Part shown: positions 44,134 through 52,661 of the stretch, in pieces
How the letters are laid out: every line of letters begins with the position of its first letter
Position numbering within the stretch: the stretch's first letter is position 1
Origin: Terriglobia bacterium
GTDB taxonomy: Bacteria; Acidobacteriota; Terriglobia; JAJPHL01; JAPKYU01
Direction: 5' to 3'
Assembly: GCA_965223005.1 (NCBI GenBank)
Contig: CBDCVK010000010.1
Location: 736,001-800,000, forward strand
DNA length: 64,000 nt
Made by a program: the position numbers and the translations under genes
Notes under the pieces: model-generated
The model's database searches: none
What the model saw: only the letters and a program-made list of their open reading frames with translations
What the model was told of the DNA's origin: nothing

Positions 44134-44447
44134 TGCCCGCGGCTGCGCGAGGGAGGCAGTGCAACCGCATCGGCGTCCAGGGGAGCAGTTTCTCTCGCGG
44201 ACTTCTGTTTCGTCTCCTGCCGCGCTCGGCTCAGCCTGAGATGCCAGGCTTCAGAAAACCCAACCCACAGGTTCACCAAGCCCAACCCGTTCAGCGCGCC
44301 GCGGACGTAGTAACTCAACAGGAAAGGGCGCAGTCCGGGAACAAGCCAGAAGATCAGGTTGTGCTCCCACATCTCCGACCAGGGAAGCAACAGCAGGAAC
44401 AGACCCAGTTCCAGGCACAAAATCACGAACAAGATCTGTTTCCCCAT
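44130..44447 (-). CDS. small membrane protein
   Basis: CLELGLFLLLLPWSEMWEHN..YVRGALNGLG; tightly coupled between TPR gene and thiE. Confidence 0.8.
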   Translation of the reverse strand: MGKQILFVILCLELGLFLLLLPWSEMWEHNLIFWLVPGLRPFLLSYYVRGALNGLGLVNLWVGFSEAWHLRLSRARQETKQKSARETAPLDADAVALPPSRSRGQ

Positions 44448-44456
44448 AGAGGAGCA

Positions 44457-47291
44457 CTACTTTCCCTGCAGCTCGCGGATGCGTTCGGCCACGTCCCTGT
44501 AGTCGATGTTATGGGAGTAGACGTCCATGAAGCTGCTCAGCGCCGCTTTCTTGTCGCCTGCCATTTCGTAGGCGGCGCCGATCTCGTAGCGTACCGCCAC
44601 GATGTCCTCCTGGTCCAGGCCCGGTGCCTTCAGCGCATTCTCCAGCCAACGCACGGCCAGGGGTGGCAGGTTCTTTTCCAGGAAGCAGTGGGCTAGAAGA
44701 GTGCAGCAGCGGACGTAGTTGGAATAGCTCTTGGCGTGCTCGGCCGCCTGGTAGGCCTTTTGAAATTCCCCAATGGCCTCATCCAGCAGGCTCATTTCCT
44801 TGAAGGCCACACCCATGTTGAAATGCGTTTCGATGTCGGCCTCCGCGGTAGCGTCTTCCATGCCCGACTTAAACTCATCAAACACTTCGGCCAGCGCCCC
44901 AGCTCCTTCTGGAGTTCCCGAAGCCGGTGCGGGTACAGTAGGAGGAACAGCCGGAGGCGGCGTTGAGGAGGGAGCAGCGGCCTTGGGCGGCGGTTGCGCA
45001 ACATCGGAAAGCTCCTCCTCGAGCGCGCCCACTAAGCCGTCAAAGCCGGTGGGCGCCGCGGCCGCCGGGGGAGGTGGCGCAGCCGGGGGTGGCGCGGCAG
45101 CGGTCGGGGGTGGTGCCGATTCTTCATCCAGCGACAACTGGAAGCCATCTTCGGCCGGCTGCTCCTCCAGCGAGAGAACGAATTCTTGCTCACGCGGAGC
45201 AGCCGCCGGAGGAGTTGGCTTTGGTGGGGAAGGCGGCGGGGGAGCAGGCTCCGGCGGCGCCGCCACAGGCTTTGGTTGAGGCGGGGGAACCGGGGCTGCT
45301 TCCTCGACGGGCGGGGCGGCTGGCGTCGCAGCCTCCTCGGCCGCCGGCGCGCTCATGGCCGCGATGGCCACCTTTTCGGCCAGCTGCTCCACCTCCGGCG
45401 AGCCAGGATAAAGCTCCTGGAGGCTCGCCAGTGCGGTGGTCGCCTCGGAGACCAGGCCGGCCTGCAAGTAGAACTCGACCTCTTCAGCGGCGCTCGCAAG
45501 CGCAGGCGCCGCAGCGGTAGGTGCCGGCTCCTCAGGAGGCGGTACTTCTGCCGGAGGCGGCGCCTCTACGGGGGTGCCCATCATCTGTTCCCAGTTCGAC
45601 AAGTCCACTTCCCGCACGCTAGCCGCGGTGTCCGCCGCGGGGGCCGCGGCCTCGGAAACATCGACGCTGGGAGGGGTTACCGGGAACTCGGGAACCTCTG
45701 GGATGACCGGCGGCGCCTCTGAAGTTGGGACCGCGGTGCCGGCCCGCTCTTGGAACTTCGCCTTCCTATCGCTATAAGTAGTGGCTGTCTCCGCCGCCCC
45801 GGCCAACACATGGATTTCGGCCAGCACCTCGCAGCGCTGCGCCGCCTTTTCGTACTGTTCTGCGCGTTCATACAAGTCCAGCAGGCGCTCGTTCAACGTG
45901 GCATTCCGGGGCATGCGATCCAAAATCGCTTCCAGCGGTTGAATCGCCTTGTCCACCTGGCGATACGTCAGGTAGAGGTCGCTTTCGTTGACCGCGGTGT
46001 TCAAAGCCTCCCGTTCCTCTTCGGTGAGCGGCTCCTCCGCCAGGGTCGGCTCGCCCATTACCTGTTCGGCGAAACCCGCTTCGGGCGAGGGGGCGGCGGC
46101 CGCTGGAGCTCGGCCCAGCTTGGCGTCCATCTGTTCCAGGTTCTGCCGGTGGTGTGGATTTTCCGGCTCCAGGCGGGCCAGTTCCTCGAACAGGTCGCGG
46201 GCCTGCGCATGGTCGCCTTGATTGACATAGGCGTGTGCAAGTTGTTCGTTCACCTCAGAGATCTCTGAGGTCTGCTCGGTTTGCTGGTAGACGCTGCGGA
46301 GCAGGCTCAACGCTTCCACGTTGGAAGGCAGCGAGCTGACGATTTTCTTCAGGCCTTCGATCAGAGGCGCGGTTTCCCCCTGGGCAATCAGGCCGTCGCC
46401 GAGTTGCCGGTAGTTCTCCAGCGCTTCGGCATGCTGTCCGGCCTCTAGCAGGCGGTCGCAGACCGCGGTCAGCCCAGTGCCGTCCCCGTGTTCTTCCAGC
46501 AACCGCCGGGCCACGGTGGCAGCGCGTCCGTTGTCTCCCACCGAGGTACAAGCTTGGAACAAGAGGTTCAGTGCCTCCCTGTCGACGCTCTCTTCGGGCA
46601 CTTGCTCCAAGGTTGCGACGGCATCTGCGGGGCGGTCGTCCTCCAACTGGATCCGCGCCTCCAGAACCAGCACCTCGGGGGTGGACAGGCCCAGGCTGCG
46701 CACCCGCTGGAGGATGCTGCTGGCATCGGCTCGATTGCCAATGTCGGCTAACCCCTGCGCGGCCGACAGATACATGCCAGCCGCATCGTCCTTCCGGTTG
46801 ACCTCTTGGTACATCTGGGCCAGGCGCTGCTTGCTAGCCACGTTCTCTGGATCCAGCAGCAGAATCTTCTCCATGACTTCCACGCATTTGTCGGCTTGAT
46901 TGCGCTGGGAGAAGTGGTCGCTGGCCTGCTTGTACTGAGCCTTGGCGTCGTTCAGTTGCCCCTGAAGTGTGTACAACTCAGCCAGCTGGAGGATGGCGTC
47001 AATCGCGTTGGGGTCCATCCGGGTGATCCGACGGTAGAACGCGATTGCATTTCGGGCAAAACCGGCCTGCAGGTTAACCTGGCCCAATTTGTACAAGCAC
47101 TTCAAGGCCTCTTCCTTGCTGCCAACGCTCTCGTGCAGGCCGGCGACGATGGTCAAGATGTCGAGGTTGCGCGGCTCCTTGGCTAGAACTTTCTGGTATT
47201 CCTGGATGGCAGCCGGGATCTTCCCCTTCTGGACGTGCTTCTGCGCCGCCTCGATGACCTTTGTCTTGTTGAAGCCCAGACTGAATGCCAT
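44457..47291 (-). CDS. large TPR protein with Pro/Ala/Glu-rich linker
   Basis: ATG at 47291 (MAFSLGFNKTKVIEAAQK) with GGAG; N-terminal TPR array, low-complexity middle, C-terminal TPRs THFNMGVAFKEMSLLDEAIGEFQ..IDYRDVAERI. Confidence 0.92.
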   Translation of the reverse strand: MAFSLGFNKTKVIEAAQKHVQKGKIPAAIQEYQKVLAKEPRNLDILTIVAGLHESVGSKEEALKCLYKLGQVNLQAGFARNAIAFYRRITRMDPNAIDAILQLAELYTLQGQLNDAKAQYKQASDHFSQRNQADKCVEVMEKILLLDPENVASKQRLAQMYQEVNRKDDAAGMYLSAAQGLADIGNRADASSILQRVRSLGLSTPEVLVLEARIQLEDDRPADAVATLEQVPEESVDREALNLLFQACTSVGDNGRAATVARRLLEEHGDGTGLTAVCDRLLEAGQHAEALENYRQLGDGLIAQGETAPLIEGLKKIVSSLPSNVEALSLLRSVYQQTEQTSEISEVNEQLAHAYVNQGDHAQARDLFEELARLEPENPHHRQNLEQMDAKLGRAPAAAAPSPEAGFAEQVMGEPTLAEEPLTEEEREALNTAVNESDLYLTYRQVDKAIQPLEAILDRMPRNATLNERLLDLYERAEQYEKAAQRCEVLAEIHVLAGAAETATTYSDRKAKFQERAGTAVPTSEAPPVIPEVPEFPVTPPSVDVSEAAAPAADTAASVREVDLSNWEQMMGTPVEAPPPAEVPPPEEPAPTAAAPALASAAEEVEFYLQAGLVSEATTALASLQELYPGSPEVEQLAEKVAIAAMSAPAAEEAATPAAPPVEEAAPVPPPQPKPVAAPPEPAPPPPSPPKPTPPAAAPREQEFVLSLEEQPAEDGFQLSLDEESAPPPTAAAPPPAAPPPPAAAAPTGFDGLVGALEEELSDVAQPPPKAAAPSSTPPPAVPPTVPAPASGTPEGAGALAEVFDEFKSGMEDATAEADIETHFNMGVAFKEMSLLDEAIGEFQKAYQAAEHAKSYSNYVRCCTLLAHCFLEKNLPPLAVRWLENALKAPGLDQEDIVAVRYEIGAAYEMAGDKKAALSSFMDVYSHNIDYRDVAERIRELQGK

Positions 47292-47564
47292 GAAGACTCC
47301 GCAGCTCAGGGCCTGCTGCCCCCCTGGAGAATACCCCAAGAGTACCTTGGGCGCAAAACGATAGTCAATCCGGGCGACTTCCGTCGCAGGAGGGCTAGAC
47401 CGGAGTCCGATGGGAAACGGGGCCGGCAGGGCAGGCTTCACACTCTCCGCCACACTTCTCCGGAGGCACCACTTCGCCTCCGCCACTCTCCACAGACAGT
47501 TGGCAGCTTGCTGAACCCAGGTTGCTAAACAAGGTTCCCTGCTACAATCAGCCCCCAAGGAATC

Positions 47565-48524
47565 ATGCTGCCGTTCCCGATTGTCTATTCCGAAGCCTAC
47601 CAGCTCAACCTGGGCGCGCATGTCTTCCCGGCCCAAAAGTATCGCCTCATCTACGAGCGCCTGCTAGCCGAGGGTCTGGCGGAGCCCAGAGATTTCCTGG
47701 CGCCGCCCGAGGCTGACGACGAGGACGTACTGCTGGTCCACACCGAGGACTGGGTGAGGAAGCTGCGCAGCGGCACGCTCAGCTACGCGGAACTTCTGCG
47801 CCTGGAAGTGCCCTATTCCGAGCAGTTAGTGCGAGCCTTCTGGCGCTCGGCCGGCGGCTCGATTCTGGCTTGCCGTCAGGCGCTGGAGCAGGGCGCGGCC
47901 ATGAACCTGTGCGGCGGCTTCCACCACGCCTTCGCGGACCATGGGGAGGGCTTCTGCGCCATCAACGACGTCGCCATCGCCGTGCGCCGCCTGCAAAAAG
48001 ACGGGCGGCTCGAGCGGGCGCTGATCGTGGACTGCGATGTCCATCAGGGCAACGGCACGGCCGCCATCTTTGCCGGCGATCCCGACGTCTTCACCTTCTC
48101 CATGCATCAGGAAAACAACTATCCGACGCCCAAGCCCCCTAGCACCCTCGATATTAACTTGCCGGACGGCATTGGCGACGAAGAGTACCTGGAGCTGTTG
48201 AACGGTGGGCTAGAGCAGGCGCTGGCATCGCTCACACCAGAGCTGGTCTGCTACCTGGCCGGCGCTGACCCGTATGAGGAGGACCAACTCGGCGGGCTGG
48301 GATTGACCGTGCGGGGGCTCCAGCGGAGGGATGAACTGGTGTTAGCGACCTCGCGGCGCAGAGGACTACCCGTCATGGCCACTCTAGCCGGGGGCTACGC
48401 CCGCCAAGTGACCGACACCGTGCTGATTCACAGCAACACCGTGCTGGCACTGAAGGCAGCCTGCTCGACTCCTGCCCGCGGACCAGGAGCCACCGCTACC
48501 GGAGAACAGCCTTGGTTAGGCTGA
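47565..48524 (+). CDS. histone deacetylase family protein
   Basis: HVFPAQKY, GGFHHA, GEGFC, DCDVHQGNGT, AGADP..DQLG, GGY. Confidence 0.95.
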   Translation: MLPFPIVYSEAYQLNLGAHVFPAQKYRLIYERLLAEGLAEPRDFLAPPEADDEDVLLVHTEDWVRKLRSGTLSYAELLRLEVPYSEQLVRAFWRSAGGSILACRQALEQGAAMNLCGGFHHAFADHGEGFCAINDVAIAVRRLQKDGRLERALIVDCDVHQGNGTAAIFAGDPDVFTFSMHQENNYPTPKPPSTLDINLPDGIGDEEYLELLNGGLEQALASLTPELVCYLAGADPYEEDQLGGLGLTVRGLQRRDELVLATSRRRGLPVMATLAGGYARQVTDTVLIHSNTVLALKAACSTPARGPGATATGEQPWLG

Positions 48525-48545
48525 GGGGGTTAAGAGGAGGTTAAG

Positions 48546-48842
48546 CTGAGGACGTTCGACACTACCTGCCCTTGCTGCGGTGCACGCCTTCGGCTTGACC
48601 CGGATGTCCGCGCGGTTGTTTCCCACGAGCCACCCCCCAAACCTCGCCAGGTCTCCGACCTGGCCGAGGCGGCGCGCACCCTGCAGGAAAAGGAAAGCCG
48701 CCGCGAGGAGCAGTTCCAAAAATCCTTCAAAGCCGAGCGCGATCGCGGCAAGCTGCTGGACCGGAAGTTTGAGGAAGCCCTGGAGAAAGCCAAGGAGGAA
48801 CCCGTCGCCCCTCCCCCGCCGCGCGACATTGACCTCGACTAG
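48546..48842 (+). CDS. small CxxC/coiled-coil hypothetical protein, probable CTG start
   Basis: Missed by ORF track. (L/M)RTFDTTCPCCGARLRLDP..KLLDRKFEEALEKAKEEP..RDIDLD*; GAGGAGG 5 nt upstream of CTG; in-frame TAA at 48531; gene-like codon use. Confidence 0.75.
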   Translation: MRTFDTTCPCCGARLRLDPDVRAVVSHEPPPKPRQVSDLAEAARTLQEKESRREEQFQKSFKAERDRGKLLDRKFEEALEKAKEEPVAPPPPRDIDLD

Positions 48843-48878
48843 GCTGCGACGTGGACTAGGCGGCTCGCGCGCGCCAGA

Positions 48879-49988
48879 TCAAATCCGCATGGGCATGACG
48901 ACGTAGCGGTAGCGCCCGCCGTCCTCGCCCGCCGGGCGCAACTGGCCCGCCGACTGTTCGTCCTTGAACTCAAAGCACACCGGGCCGCTGTTCGCAGCCG
49001 CCAGAAAGTCCAGCAGGTATTGGGAGTTGAAGCCGATCTGTAGAGGCTCAGCCGAGTACTCCGTTTCCAGTGTCTCCTCGGACTCCCCGGCCTCCGAACT
49101 TGAGGAGGAGAGCTTCACTTCATTGGGCCCGAGTTGCATGCGGACAGCGTGGGAACGCTCGTCGGCAAACTGGGAAACGCGCCGCAGGGCAGCCGTTACC
49201 TGCTCGCGGTCCAACACTACCGCCCGGTTGTTCTCCTTCGGCAGGACGGCCTCGTAATTAGGAAACTGCCCGGTGAGCATCCGCGAGATTAGCAGCCGGC
49301 TCCCGACGCGGAAGAACAGATGGCTCTCATCTCGGCCAAATTCCACCTGAGTGTCTGGCGCTACCTCGCCTACTAAGCGCTGAATCTCCCCCAGAGCTTT
49401 TTTCGGCACCAGCGCACGCGCCTCAGCGGACACCCCTGAAGAGTAAGAGTTTTCGATGTGCGCCAAGCGGTGGCCATCCGTCGCGATCATGCACAGCGAA
49501 TCGGCCCCAATTAGCAGCAGGGCCCCGTTCAGCGTGTAGCGGGACTCCTCGCTTGAGATCGCAAAAATAGTCTTGCCAATTAGGTCTAGCAACGTGCCAG
49601 CCGGAATGCTAGTCAGGGCACTGGGCAAAGGAGGTAGCGCTGGGAAGTTTTCTCGTGACATCCCTACCATGCGAGTCACTGAGCGCCTGGCCTTGATCTG
49701 GACCCAGAAATTCTCCAGCAGCCGCATTGCCACTGTTCCCTCATCCAGTAACCGGACGTAGTCCAGCAGCTTCTTAGCCGGCACTGTCACTGAACCAGGT
49801 GTAGTCACCTTGGCTGGGCAAGAACTACGCAGGCCGATCTCCAGGTCTGTCGCCGTCAGTTCAATGGCTTCCCCACTAGCCTCGACCAGCATGTTCGATA
49901 GGATCGGGATTGTGGTCTTTTTTTCGACAACACCCTGGGCCAAACTTAGTTCTTTTACGAGGTCTGATTTGCTAACCGTGAACTCCAT
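48879..49988 (-). CDS. dnaN: DNA polymerase III beta clamp
   Basis: KKTTIPILSN, ATDLEI, ATDGHRLA, GQFPNY, YVVMPMRI. Confidence 0.98.
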   Translation of the reverse strand: MEFTVSKSDLVKELSLAQGVVEKKTTIPILSNMLVEASGEAIELTATDLEIGLRSSCPAKVTTPGSVTVPAKKLLDYVRLLDEGTVAMRLLENFWVQIKARRSVTRMVGMSRENFPALPPLPSALTSIPAGTLLDLIGKTIFAISSEESRYTLNGALLLIGADSLCMIATDGHRLAHIENSYSSGVSAEARALVPKKALGEIQRLVGEVAPDTQVEFGRDESHLFFRVGSRLLISRMLTGQFPNYEAVLPKENNRAVVLDREQVTAALRRVSQFADERSHAVRMQLGPNEVKLSSSSSEAGESEETLETEYSAEPLQIGFNSQYLLDFLAAANSGPVCFEFKDEQSAGQLRPAGEDGGRYRYVVMPMRI

Positions 49989-50039
49989 TTAGCTCACCTT
50001 CCTATCCCACTTGGAGAGCGCCCCGCTACTTGCAACCTG

Positions 50040-50261
50040 AAGTCTACTGTTATTGCTATCTAAAACTACTTATAAAAATCAATAGTAGTAGTAGAGCAGC
50101 AGAAATTGTGGAAAACCAGGCATCTTTCTGTGTGGCAAAGGCTTGCTAGCAACGTAGCCTGTGGAGATCTCACGGAGAGCCCTGCCAGGGATGTGCTTAT
50201 TAGTCAAGGTGTACAAGCGTTCACAAGTTTCACACAAGCGCATTTCACGCGCCATGTTAAC
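50040..50261. other. replication origin oriC (dnaA-dnaN intergenic)
   Basis: AT-rich tract, TAGTAGTAGTAG DnaA-trio-like run (50083-50094), DnaA-box-like TGTGGAAAA (50107-50115), TGTGGAGAT (50160-50168), TTTCACACA (50228-50236). Confidence 0.8.
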
Positions 50262-51683
50262 TTATTGAAAATAGGCCATGAGTCGATTCAATGTCCTGTT
50301 CAAATCTTTGTCAACTAGGCGGTGTTTCGAAATCTTGGCGATGGAGTGCAGTACCGTTGTGTGATGCCTGTCACCGAAGGCTCTAGCTATTTCCGGCAGC
50401 GATGCCTGTGTTAGTCGACGAGCCATCCACATGGCAACCTGACGAGGGACTACAACGCGCTGGGAGTTATCCTTGGCCTTTAACTCATTCAGGCGGAGAT
50501 TGTAGTGCTCACATACACTCCTTTGAATTAGCTCGATCGTTACCTGCTTGCCTTGGGTTTCCACCAGGTCCTTCAGAATTTGATGAGCCATTGACTCGGT
50601 AACCTCCTCCCCGGTCAGGGAGGAATAGGCCATCAGGCGGATGAGCGAACCCTCTAGCTCCCGGATGTTAGACTTCACGTGCCTGGCGACAAACAGAGCA
50701 ACATTTTCTGGTAGCAAGAAGGCCTCTGCTTCCGCCTTCTTCATGAGGATGGCCAGCCGTGTCTCCAGGTCGGGGGGCTGGATGTCGGCGATCAGTCCCG
50801 ACTCAAAGCGCGAACGCAGCCGCTCCTCAACCCGCGGGATCTCCTTCGGAGGCCGGTCGCTGGAGAGCACGATCTGTTTCTGGCGCTCGTAAAGCGTGTT
50901 GAAGGTGTGGAAGAACTCCTCCTGAGTTCCCTCTTTTCCGCTAAGGAACTGCACGTCATCCACCAGTAGCGTGTCAATGTGCCGGAAGCGCTCGTGGAAG
51001 GTGACCATCCGGTCGTTCTTCAGCGACTGCACCATCTCGTTGGTAAACCGCTCTGCTGAAACGTACACCACCCTCCAATGTGGAAAGCGCTGGCGCAGTT
51101 CGTGCCCGATGGCATGCATTAAGTGGGTCTTGCCCAGTCCCACACCGCCGTACAGGAAGAGCGGGTTGTAGGAGCAGCCGGGGTCGTGAGCGACACGCGA
51201 GGCGGCAGCGTGTGCGAACTGGTTTGAGGCGCCCACCACGAACGCGGAAAAGCTGTACCTGGGGTTTAGCGCAGAGGAGAACCATCTGTCTTCTGTGGTT
51301 GCGGCGGGGCGGCGCGGCGGTGCCGTCCACTGCTCCTCCTGCGCGCTCTCGGGTGCAAACTCCACTCGGCGGACAGGCAAGCCTAGCGCCCGGATCGCTT
51401 CCTCGATGCAGTTGCGGTAGTGGGCTTCAATCCAGTCCTTGAAAGTGTGGTTGGGGACACGGACGTAGAGCGTGGCGTCGCGAATCAGGCTAGCTCGGAC
51501 AGGCTGCAACCAGGTCGCGAAGTTCTGCGGGTCCACCGTCTCCTTCACCAGCCGAAGGATCTGCTGCCAGGCATCGTTGGCTGCGCTCGAGGGCAAGCCG
51601 GTTGAGCCGGGCGATGGGACACTGGCCATGGTGTTTTCTGCCGCCTTCGGCGAAGTAGATTGAGAGGCGGTCGAAGATAACAT
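50262..51683 (-). CDS. dnaA: chromosomal replication initiator DnaA
   Basis: LNPRYSF..FVVGASN, YNPLFLYGGVGLGKTHL, DDVQFL, TQEEFFHTFN, HTTVLH; start may instead be the ATG at 51629. Confidence 0.98.
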   Translation of the reverse strand: MLSSTASQSTSPKAAENTMASVPSPGSTGLPSSAANDAWQQILRLVKETVDPQNFATWLQPVRASLIRDATLYVRVPNHTFKDWIEAHYRNCIEEAIRALGLPVRRVEFAPESAQEEQWTAPPRRPAATTEDRWFSSALNPRYSFSAFVVGASNQFAHAAASRVAHDPGCSYNPLFLYGGVGLGKTHLMHAIGHELRQRFPHWRVVYVSAERFTNEMVQSLKNDRMVTFHERFRHIDTLLVDDVQFLSGKEGTQEEFFHTFNTLYERQKQIVLSSDRPPKEIPRVEERLRSRFESGLIADIQPPDLETRLAILMKKAEAEAFLLPENVALFVARHVKSNIRELEGSLIRLMAYSSLTGEEVTESMAHQILKDLVETQGKQVTIELIQRSVCEHYNLRLNELKAKDNSQRVVVPRQVAMWMARRLTQASLPEIARAFGDRHHTTVLHSIAKISKHRLVDKDLNRTLNRLMAYFQ

Positions 51684-51835
51684 AACGAGTCGGCTTGAAC
51701 CAAACTCAAAATCTGCTTTGTTTCTTGCCGCTTAGCAGTAAACTCCGGGTCGTCGTCCTTGACCTTTTCGACATCCGTTCTTACAATTGTTCTTTTGCGG
51801 CCGGTGTGCTTTCCATCTCAGGAGTCTAAACGTTC

Positions 51836-51973
51836 ATGCCCAAACGAACCTTCCAGCCCAACACGCGTCGGCGCGCCAAGACGCACGGATTCCGGTCGCG
51901 GATGAAGACCAAAGGTGGTCGCAAAACCCTGGCCGCAAGACGGAGGAAAGGCCGCAGCCGGCTCGCCGTCTGA
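51836..51973 (+). CDS. rpmH: 50S ribosomal protein L34
   Basis: Manual translation [45 protein letters not shown]. Confidence 0.97.
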   Translation: MPKRTFQPNTRRRAKTHGFRSRMKTKGGRKTLAARRRKGRSRLAV

Positions 51974-51986
51974 TCCCTCACAGGTG

Positions 51987-52370
51987 ATGGTACCGCCTGC
52001 TGGCAGCGTGGGAAGGCCTCGCAGGTGGCCGCGCACAGCGCGATTGCGTAAACGCAGCGAGTTTGATCAGATATATTCGGCAGGCCGCAGGTACAGTTTT
52101 CCACTCTTCTCAGCGTTCCTGCTTCAAACCGGGGCGGCTACCAGCAAGGTAGGCTTCACCGTCGGACGCGGGCTGGGCAGAGCAGTACGGCGCAATCGGA
52201 TCAAGCGCCGGATGCGGGAGGCGGTCCGCCTGCACCTGCGAGAGATTGGTCCGGGATGGAACGTCGTTTTCCATCCCCGCCGAAGCGTTTTTGACGTGGA
52301 GTTTTCCCGGCTGGAGAAGGAAGTGTCTCGCTTATTCGAGTCCGTGTCGGGCAGGGGAGGCAGGCGCTGA
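51987..52370 (+). CDS. rnpA: RNase P protein component
   Basis: [27 protein letters not shown]. Confidence 0.95.
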   Translation: MVPPAGSVGRPRRWPRTARLRKRSEFDQIYSAGRRYSFPLFSAFLLQTGAATSKVGFTVGRGLGRAVRRNRIKRRMREAVRLHLREIGPGWNVVFHPRRSVFDVEFSRLEKEVSRLFESVSGRGGRR

Positions 52371-52582
52371 TGGGTCGCTCATTGCTGCTGGCGCTGCTGC
52401 ATTTTTACAAAAGCGTGATTTCGCCGGTGTTGCCTTCTGCGTGCAAGTTCTACCCAACCTGCTCGGAATACGCCATCCAGGCCGTTGGTCGCTACGGCAC
52501 AGCGAGGGGCAGTTGGATGTCAGCTCGGCGGCTGTGGCGATGCCGCCCGTTTCATTCCGGTGGCTATGACCCGGTCGAATAG
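52370..52582 (+). CDS. yidD: membrane protein insertion efficiency factor
   Basis: [27 protein letters not shown]. Confidence 0.96.
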   Translation: MGRSLLLALLHFYKSVISPVLPSACKFYPTCSEYAIQAVGRYGTARGSWMSARRLWRCRPFHSGGYDPVE

Positions 52583-52604
52583 GCTCCTGGGCAGTAGGCC
52601 CGGC

Positions 52605-52654
52605 TGTGGATAGCCTGCGTGGATAGGTGGTTGGGGATAGGAAGCTACGGATAG
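52605..52654 (+). repeat. four GGATAG motifs at 13-14-bp spacing
   Basis: GGATAG at 52608, 52621, 52635, 52649. Confidence 0.65.
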
Positions 52655-52661
52655 GAATCTG

